From contig CAXXDQ010000004.1 in NCBI GenBank assembly GCA_963664325.2, forward strand, positions 608,001-672,000: a DNA stretch of 64,000 bases, read 5' to 3'. This stretch comes from Desulfomonilia bacterium. GTDB taxonomy: Bacteria; Desulfobacterota; Desulfomonilia; UBA1062. A program made the position numbers and the translations under genes. Shown in pieces: positions 46,376 to 55,338 of the stretch. Position 1 is the stretch's first letter, and the number at the start of each line of letters is the position of its first letter. The notes beneath the pieces are model-generated. The model had not been told where the DNA came from and did not search any database. It was given only the letters and a program-made list of their open reading frames with translations.

Positions 46376-47833
46376 ATGAAATGCTGGAATTTGATAATGG
46401 CATTTGTTGTTCTGCTTTTAACCGCCTGCGTTCCCGCAAACCTGCCTGAAAAGGTCTATTTCAAGGGCAATACGAGGTCCATGAACAGCCGCTATTATGC
46501 CGCAATCAGCAGCGGGAATATCTGGGTAAAACCCAATGTCGAGCGGACAGGCCTAAGCGGTAAATGGGTTATGCTTGAGAACCTGCCGTCGGGCCTTGCT
46601 GGCAAGGTGACGGAGTTTGCCATGGATGACGAGCATATCATCGCATTGAACAGGGAGCGTCAGATTTACACCATGTGGAACGCCCTTGATGAAGTCTCAA
46701 AATTCAGGTGGCAGAAGCAATGGGGCCTGCCTTTCTGGTATGGCCCGGGCATGAAGCTGAGACCGGATGTCATGAAATGGGATTTCTCTGTGGTATCAAT
46801 ACCTGAAGACGGCTACTGGACTGACCCGGCAGGCAACTTAAGGAAAGTGGGCTCCGCCAAGTGCTCGCATATAATCATGCTCAATTCCGGCGGACAGACC
46901 ATCACGTTCAACGACCCGTGGCTGCCGCGCGATTACAGTTACGGGATCGGTACGCCGTTCAGGGGCAGGTTCATCTCGGTCAACCTGAGCTCGAGCGGTT
47001 CAACGCATTTCATAATCAACAGATACGGCGATATGTTCACGAGGATGTTCGACTTCGACATATCAGGGCTCGATCAGTTCATGCCGTATTCTTATGAAGA
47101 CCAGCGGGGCATTTCGGGAAATCCCGATTCCATATTCCAGGTTATCCAGCTTCCGGCCGAGGACTGGCTCAAACAGCCGAAAATCTTGACAACAGGCAGG
47201 GCCTCAATTACGGACCGCATCAGCATCCAGAAGATAGGCAAAAACTGCATTCACAGGACGCTTCGTGTCGAAGGCACGGATGAGGGCGGCAATACAGGCT
47301 TTTATGAAAAGGATATAAGGGGAATCGGAAGCGCCTCCTGGGTGTTTCATAAAACCGGTGAGAAGCTTGCCGGGAAGACCCTTGATAACAAACCCTATGA
47401 CAGCTCTGCCGAGGCTCTCGGCCAAAGCGACGACCTGGCCTATTCAATGAAGGCTGACGGCTTCACGGCCAGCATCCCGGATTTCAACTGCTACAATCCG
47501 CCCGCGACGCTCGAAATAAGACTTTCAGGAGGCAGCTCTATAAGCCTTCCCCTGCACTACCGGGAGACCATAAGGGTCAGCGAACGCGCAGCAGGAATCG
47601 ACAATGATCCCAGGCTTTTCCTGGGCGCGATAGAAGCGCCGCAGACGTTCATCGATTCGCTGAAGGAAGCGCCGGAAGAGGTGAAGGCCTTTGCAGGGAA
47701 ATACCTCGAAACCGATGACGGCCGCTTTACCGAAATACGCATTACAGTAGCGCTCGATTTGCTCGAAATCAAAAGTACGAATATCGGTTGGCTTTTCGAG
47801 CGCCTGGAGCAGGATAAAGATCAGGCCCGGTAG
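46376..47833 (+). CDS. Hypothetical Trp-rich lipoprotein
   Basis: Lipobox LTAC; about 485 aa, beta-rich; no family recognised. Confidence 0.75.
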   Translation: MKCWNLIMAFVVLLLTACVPANLPEKVYFKGNTRSMNSRYYAAISSGNIWVKPNVERTGLSGKWVMLENLPSGLAGKVTEFAMDDEHIIALNRERQIYTMWNALDEVSKFRWQKQWGLPFWYGPGMKLRPDVMKWDFSVVSIPEDGYWTDPAGNLRKVGSAKCSHIIMLNSGGQTITFNDPWLPRDYSYGIGTPFRGRFISVNLSSSGSTHFIINRYGDMFTRMFDFDISGLDQFMPYSYEDQRGISGNPDSIFQVIQLPAEDWLKQPKILTTGRASITDRISIQKIGKNCIHRTLRVEGTDEGGNTGFYEKDIRGIGSASWVFHKTGEKLAGKTLDNKPYDSSAEALGQSDDLAYSMKADGFTASIPDFNCYNPPATLEIRLSGGSSISLPLHYRETIRVSERAAGIDNDPRLFLGAIEAPQTFIDSLKEAPEEVKAFAGKYLETDDGRFTEIRITVALDLLEIKSTNIGWLFERLEQDKDQAR

Positions 47834-47975
47834 AAGACAGGCTGTTGCAGAAAAATATCCATGAAAGGGCCAATGAAAACCCAGCCACGATCTCATTGGC
47901 CAATGAAAGATTAAAACGCCGGAAAAATTCAATGCCGTCCAAAGAGAACCGTTGACAACCGTATAAAAAAGTCAT

Positions 47976-47990
47976 ATTGGTTGAACCAAT
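47976..47990. promoter_or_regulatory. FadR/GntR-type operator overlapping the promoter
   Basis: ATTGGTT-G-AACCAAT perfect palindrome (TGGT-N3-ACCA), just downstream of TTGACA at 47952. Confidence 0.75.
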
Positions 47991-48025
47991 GATTCACTGA
48001 ATCAATTATATGTTTAACAGAAAGG

Positions 48026-48742
48026 ATGTATACGATGCCAGTTCACACAGTCATTGCTCACCCGCTCATGCGTTCCCGTCTCAGCGAGGAAATCGTCACC
48101 ATCATCCAGAAACAGATCATGTCCGGTGATATAGCTCCGGGCGCTAAACTGCCCACAGAACGCGAACTGGCAGAATCGTTCAAGGTCAACCGCACTACAC
48201 TTCGCGAGGCCCTGCGCCGACTTGAGAATCTTGAGCTTCTTGATATCCGCCACGGTGACGGGGTGTATGCAAAAGATTTCCTTCAGAGCAGCAACCTCGA
48301 TCTGATCAAATCCGCTTTCGCCATGGATGAGCACAACGAAACTTTCTTTAATGTGCTGGAAGTGCGCCGTATCGTCGTGCCGGAAATGGCCGCTCTTGCG
48401 GCACAAAGGCGCACAACCGAAAATTTGGCGGAACTTGAACAGGTCATTTCACGCCAGGATATGTCCATACTTGAGCAGGACATCAAGGTCAATCAGCTGA
48501 TTGCCCGTGCCACCCGCAATCCGGTTTATACAATCATGCAGAACTTCTTCTATCAGATCAACCGCGAGTACACTTCCCTGTATTTCAAAAACAAAGATAT
48601 GATTGAGCGGACCCGCAATTTCCATCACAGGCTGTTTAATGCCATCAAAAACAGAGATGCATCTGAAGCCCGCCGCATCATGCTGGAGGGAATGGTACAT
48701 TCGGAAGAAAGGCTCAGGAAGTATCTGTCCGGAAAAAGATAA
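48026..48742 (+). CDS. FadR-subfamily GntR regulator
   Basis: PGAKLPTERELAESFKVNRTTLREAL wHTH plus an FCD domain. Confidence 0.93.
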   Translation: MYTMPVHTVIAHPLMRSRLSEEIVTIIQKQIMSGDIAPGAKLPTERELAESFKVNRTTLREALRRLENLELLDIRHGDGVYAKDFLQSSNLDLIKSAFAMDEHNETFFNVLEVRRIVVPEMAALAAQRRTTENLAELEQVISRQDMSILEQDIKVNQLIARATRNPVYTIMQNFFYQINREYTSLYFKNKDMIERTRNFHHRLFNAIKNRDASEARRIMLEGMVHSEERLRKYLSGKR

Positions 48743-48761
48743 TCATAAAGAGGGATGCTTC

Positions 48762-50396
48762 ATGCACAGATTTATCGAAAACCACAACAGCGAACATTTC
48801 GATGTTATCGTGATCGGCGGAGGCATTACCGGCGCCTCAGTGGCCTATGAGGCAGCCACCCGGGGGTTGAAGGTGGCGCTTGTGGAGAAGCGGGACTTCT
48901 CCTGGGCAACTTCGGCAGCCACTTCCAAACTGATACACGGGGGTTTGCGATATCTTGCAACCGGCGAGTTTGGCCTTGTGCGCGAGTCACTTCGCGAGAG
49001 GCGTGTGCTGGGAAATATCGCCCCCAACTTCGTCTATCCCCATCCTATGATGATAACACATTCTCACACTCCTATTAACAACAACAAATGGGTCGTTAAA
49101 ATCGGCATGGTAATGTACGATGTCCTTTCGTACGACAAGAATTATACCTGGGACGCAAGCAAACGCATTCCCATGCATCAGAGCATCTCCAGGGAAGAGG
49201 TGCTGCGGAGCGAACCGAACGTAAGGGCAAAAGACCTTACCGGGGCCTCGATTTACTATGACTGCATGAGCATCTTCCCTGAACGCTTGACGCTTGCCTT
49301 CATCAAGTCTGCCATTGCCTACGGCGCCAAGGTGGCCAATTACGCCCGTGTCGAGAGATTCACTTTGGACGTCAGGAACAATGTAACTGGCGTTGAGGTC
49401 AAAGACCTCTTAAGCGGCAGTATACATACAATCAGCGGCCGCATCACCATAAACTGCGGCGGGCCCTGGGCGGATATCGTGCTCGGTCTGGCCAGACCGG
49501 ACGGCAAGGTATATTCGCTCAAAAGGTCAGAGGGTATCCATTTCATCACCGGCAAACGCCTTATATCAGGAAAGTATGCGGTAGGGTCCCAGACCCCATC
49601 GGGGCGTTTCTTCCTAATCCCATGGCGCGGGTACACCCTCGTCGGCCTCACGGACAAACCATTTACAGGCAACCCGGACGAGTACCGGGTAACCAGGCAG
49701 AGCATTCAGGAACTGATTGACGAGGTGAACAGTTCTTTCGGGGACGGCAAGCTCACTTATGCAGATATTCGGCATTCCTATGGCGGTCTGAGGCCCCTGG
49801 TGGAAGACCAGACAAAGGAGACCTATTCTTCTTCGCGCAGATACGAGATCTACGACAATGCAGACGACGGGCTGGATGGTCTGATAACTGTCGAGGGCGG
49901 CAAATACACCACCAGCCGCAACCTGGCCGAGAACTGCCTGAAGCTCATCGAGCGAAAACTGGGCCGAAAACTGCCCCTCTCAATCACGAAACAGCGCTTC
50001 CTGTCCGGCTGTTCGATCGTTGACCTGAACGCTTTCTTCTATGCAGTCCAGCGGGACAACAAGGATTTCAGCGGGCCGACGCTCGAGTATCTCAGCCGCA
50101 ACTACGGCACCGAACATGCCATGGTCCTCAAGATGGCGCGAGAGGACAAGGCCCTGGCCGAAACGCTTAATGCCGACGGCGAAATCCTGGCCCAGGTCAT
50201 TTATGCCATACGCCATGAGATGGCCCGCACCCTGAGTGATATCCTGATGCGCCGTACCGGTATCGGCACGCTGGGTCATCCCGGTGAGGAGATATTGCGC
50301 AAGGTGGCGGCACTCGCAGCCAGAGAGCTCAAATGGGATGCAATGAGGATGGAACGGGAATTCACGGCCGCCAATGACCTGCTCACGCTACCGTAG
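48762..50396 (+). CDS. glpD: FAD-dependent glycerol-3-phosphate dehydrogenase/oxidase family
   Basis: VIGGGITG, TSKLIHGGLRYL, GPWAD, YGGLRPL, GGKYTTSR, EMARTLSDILMRRT. Confidence 0.88.
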   Translation: MHRFIENHNSEHFDVIVIGGGITGASVAYEAATRGLKVALVEKRDFSWATSAATSKLIHGGLRYLATGEFGLVRESLRERRVLGNIAPNFVYPHPMMITHSHTPINNNKWVVKIGMVMYDVLSYDKNYTWDASKRIPMHQSISREEVLRSEPNVRAKDLTGASIYYDCMSIFPERLTLAFIKSAIAYGAKVANYARVERFTLDVRNNVTGVEVKDLLSGSIHTISGRITINCGGPWADIVLGLARPDGKVYSLKRSEGIHFITGKRLISGKYAVGSQTPSGRFFLIPWRGYTLVGLTDKPFTGNPDEYRVTRQSIQELIDEVNSSFGDGKLTYADIRHSYGGLRPLVEDQTKETYSSSRRYEIYDNADDGLDGLITVEGGKYTTSRNLAENCLKLIERKLGRKLPLSITKQRFLSGCSIVDLNAFFYAVQRDNKDFSGPTLEYLSRNYGTEHAMVLKMAREDKALAETLNADGEILAQVIYAIRHEMARTLSDILMRRTGIGTLGHPGEEILRKVAALAARELKWDAMRMEREFTAANDLLTLP

Positions 50397-50455
50397 GGCA
50401 TGACAAATAGTGAGCGACAATAAAAAACAAACGAGTTTATAAGGAGGATATACAA

Positions 50456-52156
50456 ATGAAGTTGAAAAAATTCAGGCCTGACTGGTCAGAAAAGGCCCCA
50501 ACACCAGGAACCTTTCGTGAAATCGTCAAGTACGGCGATCCCCATCATTTCAAGCATCCCAGCGATGCCTGGGTGAAGATGATGATGCAGGAATTTGGCA
50601 TGACCGATGCGGACTTCTCGCATAAGATAAATGAGGGACACGAGGAGGTGGTGTTGAACCGCCCGTCAGCGCTCAGGCCTGAACAGATAGAGGCGCTCGC
50701 TGCCATCGTTGGAAAGGAGAACGTTGCACAGGACGACTACTCCCGCGTCAAATACTCATCCGCCAAGACCTCCGAGGAGATGTGGGAGCTGCGCCAGGGC
50801 GTCATCCGCGAGGTCTCCGACGTTGTGGTGCATCCGCGCGATAAAAATGACGTGCAGAAGATCGTTAAGTACTGCGACGCCGAGCAAATTTCTGTCACGG
50901 TCTTCAGCGGAGGCTCTTCCTGTAACTTCGGCTGCCGGCCATACAAGGGCGGTGTGTCTCTGGTAATGAGCACACACATGAACAAGCTCCTCGAGATAAA
51001 CGAACTCGCACAGACCGCACGCGTACAGCCCGGCATGTTCGGCCCCGCCTATGAGGAGGCCCTCAACAGCGCCCCGGAGCGCTTCGGCTGCAAACGCCGC
51101 TTCACATGCGGACATTTCCCCCAGTCTTTCGAATATTCAACAGTGGGCGGCTGGGTCCTGACACTGGGCTCTGGCCAGGCCTCGACCTATTACGGCGACG
51201 CCTATCATATCGTTTTCAGCCAGGAATACGTCACCCCGGCAGGCTGCTTCAAGACACTCGATTACCCGGCCACGGCTACAGGCCCCAAGGTAAACGACAT
51301 CATGAAGGGCTCGGAGGGCACCTTCGGCATCCTGGTCGAGGTCACCATGAAGATTTTCCGCTACATGCCTGAAAACCGGCAGCACTTCAGCTTCATGTAT
51401 CCAACCTGGGAGGCAGCGGTTGCTGCCAGCCGGGAGATCATGCAGGGCGAGTTCGGCCTGCCCGCTGTCTACCGCATCTCCGACCCGGAGGAGACTGAAC
51501 GCGGTTTGAAGCTTTACGGTGTGCCGCCATTATTTGATGCGCTGCTCGCCCGCAGGGGTTTCAAGCCCATGCAGCGCTGCCTGTGCATGGGAACCGTCGA
51601 GGGCGACAGGGACTACACCCGGCTGGTAGCTAAAAAGATCAAGGCAATTGCCAGCAGGTATGGCGCCATATCGCTCACCGGCTATGCAGCGCGAAAATGG
51701 GAACATACCCGCTACACCGAACCGTACATGCGCGAGGACTTCATGGATTACGGCCTCTTTTCCGACACTCTGGAAGCCAGCGTTACCTGGGACAACCTCC
51801 ACCGCCTGCATGAAGGTGTGCGCGCCTTTGTCAAGAGCCGTCCGGGCACCATATGCATGACCCATGCCTCGCACTTCTACCCTCAGGGTACAAACCTCTA
51901 CTTCATCTTCCTGGCCCGTATGGATGTGGATGAATTCGTAGCCTTCCAGAATGGCGTCATCGAGCAGATGCTGAAATACGGCGGGACCCTGAGCCACCAC
52001 CACGGGGTGGGCCGCCTGCTCGCGCCCTGGATGGAAAAACACCTGGGGAAGGAACAGATGGCGGTCCTCAGGGCACTGAAACACCACTTCGACCCGAATG
52101 GAATCATGAACCCGGGCGGCCAGCTCGGGCTCGACGAGATCCCTGTCCGGAGGTGA
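50456..52156 (+). CDS. Alkylglycerone-phosphate synthase (AGPS/ADPS)-like FAD oxidoreductase
   Basis: GHFPQSFEYSTVGGW, GSEGTFGI, RISDPEET, PYMRE, DTLEAS..W, HASHFYPQGTNLYF, LSHHHGVG. Confidence 0.82.
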   Translation: MKLKKFRPDWSEKAPTPGTFREIVKYGDPHHFKHPSDAWVKMMMQEFGMTDADFSHKINEGHEEVVLNRPSALRPEQIEALAAIVGKENVAQDDYSRVKYSSAKTSEEMWELRQGVIREVSDVVVHPRDKNDVQKIVKYCDAEQISVTVFSGGSSCNFGCRPYKGGVSLVMSTHMNKLLEINELAQTARVQPGMFGPAYEEALNSAPERFGCKRRFTCGHFPQSFEYSTVGGWVLTLGSGQASTYYGDAYHIVFSQEYVTPAGCFKTLDYPATATGPKVNDIMKGSEGTFGILVEVTMKIFRYMPENRQHFSFMYPTWEAAVAASREIMQGEFGLPAVYRISDPEETERGLKLYGVPPLFDALLARRGFKPMQRCLCMGTVEGDRDYTRLVAKKIKAIASRYGAISLTGYAARKWEHTRYTEPYMREDFMDYGLFSDTLEASVTWDNLHRLHEGVRAFVKSRPGTICMTHASHFYPQGTNLYFIFLARMDVDEFVAFQNGVIEQMLKYGGTLSHHHGVGRLLAPWMEKHLGKEQMAVLRALKHHFDPNGIMNPGGQLGLDEIPVRR

Positions 52157-52330
52157 ATAGTGGACAATCCTTTTTTCATATTGGTTCATAATCAAGTGCC
52201 AAAAACTTGCTACCGGTCTAAATACGAAGGTGGCCAGGCTTTGCTGAAATAGCTGATATTTTGCTGGATGCTGGCCAATAAAAGCTTACGGTTAGATATT
52301 TAATCAAGCCAAACAAGAAGAGGAAGATAA

Positions 52331-53704
52331 ATGAGTGAGAAGCCGAGAGTAGCGATAGTGAAAAAGGAAATACCTGTTGCTGCCGCCGATATAAGTGAGA
52401 TGGTGCACAAGGCCATTGACCTCATTGGCGGACTTTCAGGGAAATTCAAGAAAGGCGGCCATGTAGTGATAAAGCCGAATCTCTTCGCGCCCTATCCGCC
52501 CCCCATCTCTGTTGACCGCCGTGTAATTGCTTCGGTTGTATCTCTTGCCCGCAAGGCCGGGGCCGGCAGGGTGACGGTGATCGAGGGTGTTAGCATGGGC
52601 ACGCTGATGAAGAGAGTCAACCCTGCACTCTCTGGCGTATGCATGCGGCGCGGGTTCAGCACTATTGAGGTGATGCGGATGCTGGGCGTGAAGAAGGCGG
52701 TTGAGGATGCGGGCGGCGAGGTGCTCGGGGTCGAGGACGCAGAGAAGGTCACAATAGACATAAAAGGGGGCATGGCTCTGCACCGTGTAGAATACCCGAA
52801 GGTGATTCTCGAGGCCGATTATTTCATCAACATGCCGGCCCTCAAGACGCACGGTATGACCATGGTGACGCTTTCATTAAAAAACCTTCAGGGGCTTCTT
52901 GATGAAAAGAGCCGGTATTACTCTCATCGCGACGACCTGGACCAGCACATGGTCGACATCAACAAGATCCGGCTGCCGGACCTTGTAATCCTGGACGGCC
53001 TTATTGGCATGGAGGGAATGGGCGCGGGAGAGGGCGGAACCCCTGTGGATATGGGGATAATAATGGCCGGGCACGACCCGGTTGCCGTGGATTCCATTGC
53101 CTCGATGTGCATGGGGATCGAGAACCCGTTTGTCGTGGGCACCACGCGCATAGCAGTACATGACGGCCTGGGGTGCGCAAACCCCTTCCTTATCGAGGTA
53201 GTTGGTGAGAGAGTGGAGAGCGTAAAGAAGAAATTCATGCTGCCGATAAATTTCACGCAGCCTGTGGAAAGTCTTGTCACAGGCATTTTTCCCAATATCG
53301 ACCTCTATATCGGCGGCGCCTGCTCCGCGTGCTGGCTCAATACCATACTGGTTCAAGGCCTGCTTGCCGGGGTGCCCGAGCGATTTTCCCTGATCGTGGG
53401 CGTCGATCCCAAGGTTCCTCAAAATCTTGCAACAGACCTCGACCATACCTTTTTCCTCGGGGAATGCGCCCTTGCAACAGGCGGAGATCTGCGCGACATG
53501 CGAAACGAGATGCAGCTCAAGGGGAAGGACATGTTCCTCGGCGGATGCCCGCCGTATGAGCAGGCGCTGGTGAAACTGGAGGATATGCTTGTGCGCCTGG
53601 GGCACCTGAGCGAAAAGAAGATGATAGAAAAGGCGCATGAGCAGCGGAAAAGGTTTTTCGACTATTACCGCGCCCGCGATGCCACATGGGTGCCGGAGGT
53701 GTAA
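52331..53704 (+). CDS. DUF362 protein with Cys-rich C-terminal extension
   Basis: VVIKPNL, INMPALKTH..TLSLKNLQG, DGLIGMEG, DPVAVD, ACSAC, GEC, GCPP. Confidence 0.82.
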   Translation: MSEKPRVAIVKKEIPVAAADISEMVHKAIDLIGGLSGKFKKGGHVVIKPNLFAPYPPPISVDRRVIASVVSLARKAGAGRVTVIEGVSMGTLMKRVNPALSGVCMRRGFSTIEVMRMLGVKKAVEDAGGEVLGVEDAEKVTIDIKGGMALHRVEYPKVILEADYFINMPALKTHGMTMVTLSLKNLQGLLDEKSRYYSHRDDLDQHMVDINKIRLPDLVILDGLIGMEGMGAGEGGTPVDMGIIMAGHDPVAVDSIASMCMGIENPFVVGTTRIAVHDGLGCANPFLIEVVGERVESVKKKFMLPINFTQPVESLVTGIFPNIDLYIGGACSACWLNTILVQGLLAGVPERFSLIVGVDPKVPQNLATDLDHTFFLGECALATGGDLRDMRNEMQLKGKDMFLGGCPPYEQALVKLEDMLVRLGHLSEKKMIEKAHEQRKRFFDYYRARDATWVPEV

Positions 53705-53733
53705 CGCGGCGAATAATACGCAAGGAGGTTGAT

Positions 53734-55302
53734 ATGGCCGGGAAAGAATACGTGATCGCGATTGATTCAGGGACACAAAGCGTGCGTGCCATAATGTTCG
53801 ACCGCGAGGGAAAAGAGGTGGCCGCAGCACAGGCGCAGCACGAACCCTATTTCTCGCTGAACCCCGGCTGGGCCGAGCAGAACACCGAAGATTACTGGTC
53901 AAAGCTCTGCCAGTGCACCAGGGGGCTGATGGACAAGGTAAAGATCGACCCCAGGGAGATATCCGGCATAGGCATCACCACCCAGCGCGCCACGGTCATA
54001 CCTGTCGACAAAAATGGAAATGCCCTGCGTCCGGCCATCATTTGGCTGGACCTGCGCACAAATCCCAATACAACGGCCATGGACAAGACCATCGAGTTTG
54101 CCGGCAACATGTTAGGCGGCCTTGCCGGGGCCCTCATGTATGCCCATCAGAATTCCAAGTTTCTGTGGATCAGGCAGAACGAACCGGACATATACAAAAA
54201 AGCCCATAAGATCATGCATGTGTCAGGGTGGTTCGTTCATAAGCTCACCGGGGAGTTCAAGGATTCGTATGCCATGCTTGCCGGCATCTACCCGTTTGAC
54301 TACAAGGCGCTCTGCTACTTTGGTGCAGGCATGGGCTTTGTATATGACTCCCTTGGTATCGAGAAGGAGCAGTGTGTCGACCTCTACCCGCCTGACACCA
54401 TCCTTGGCCAGATAAGCGCCGCGGCAGCCGCCGAGACAGGACTTCCTGCCGGCCTTCCCGTAGTGGTCGGCGCTGGCGACAAGCAGTCGGAGCTGCTTGG
54501 CACAGGCGCAATCGATTCCAATATAGGCGTCATCAGTTACGGCACCGCAACCATGATGGAGATTATCACGCGAAAGTTCATTGCCGGGCAGAACATGACA
54601 TTTTTCACCTGGCCTGCTGCAATTCCCGGAATCTGGGACATCGAAATGATGATCCCGCGCGGTTTCTGGATGGTCTCATGGTTCAAGCAGGAGTTCGGCC
54701 ACAGGGAAATGGTGGAGGCCGAAAAAAGGGGGATCGCTCCTGAAGCGGTTCTCGATGAGGTAATACGCGACATTCCCCCCGGAAGCATGGGGCTCATGCT
54801 CCATCCATACTGGTACCCCATAGGGAATGACGCCTACTCAAAAGGCTCCATCATCGGATTCGGCGATGTTCATACCAGGGCTCATATCTACAGGGCCATA
54901 CTCGAAGGCCTGGGGTATGAGCTGAAGAGACTTTCAGGAATCGTAGAAAATAAAACAGGAATTCCCCTCAAAGAAATCAGGGTGGGAGGAGGCGGATCAA
55001 AGAGCGATATGACCGTGCAGATCGCCGCTGATATTTCCGGTCTTCCGACATACAGAATGGCGACACCTGAAACCTGTGCACTAGGCGCTGCAATTGACGC
55101 CGCTGTTGGAACAGGCATGTTTGATAATTTTGAAGATGCAGTAGCATCAATGACAAAAAGGGGAAGAGTCTTCGAGCCTGATAAGGAGAATGCGAAAATA
55201 TATAACGATCTGTTCAACGAGGTATACATGAAGATTTGCAAAACCATGGCGCCTCTTAATAAAAAGATTGCAAAGATCACCGGGTATCCGGCGGTAAAGT
55301 AA
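53734..55302 (+). CDS. FGGY-family kinase
   Basis: AIDSGTQSVRA, PGWAEQ, TTQR, WLDLR, GAGDKQ, RAILEG, GGGSKSD, ALGAA. Confidence 0.92.
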   Translation: MAGKEYVIAIDSGTQSVRAIMFDREGKEVAAAQAQHEPYFSLNPGWAEQNTEDYWSKLCQCTRGLMDKVKIDPREISGIGITTQRATVIPVDKNGNALRPAIIWLDLRTNPNTTAMDKTIEFAGNMLGGLAGALMYAHQNSKFLWIRQNEPDIYKKAHKIMHVSGWFVHKLTGEFKDSYAMLAGIYPFDYKALCYFGAGMGFVYDSLGIEKEQCVDLYPPDTILGQISAAAAAETGLPAGLPVVVGAGDKQSELLGTGAIDSNIGVISYGTATMMEIITRKFIAGQNMTFFTWPAAIPGIWDIEMMIPRGFWMVSWFKQEFGHREMVEAEKRGIAPEAVLDEVIRDIPPGSMGLMLHPYWYPIGNDAYSKGSIIGFGDVHTRAHIYRAILEGLGYELKRLSGIVENKTGIPLKEIRVGGGGSKSDMTVQIAADISGLPTYRMATPETCALGAAIDAAVGTGMFDNFEDAVASMTKRGRVFEPDKENAKIYNDLFNEVYMKICKTMAPLNKKIAKITGYPAVK

Positions 55303-55338
55303 TTTGAAGGGCAATAATTAAAATAAGGTGGTGCGAAC

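Noticed and set aside
47838-47855. CAGGCTGTTGCAGAAAAA as a possible IS terminal repeat
   Set aside because: No matching inverted end or transposase found in the window.
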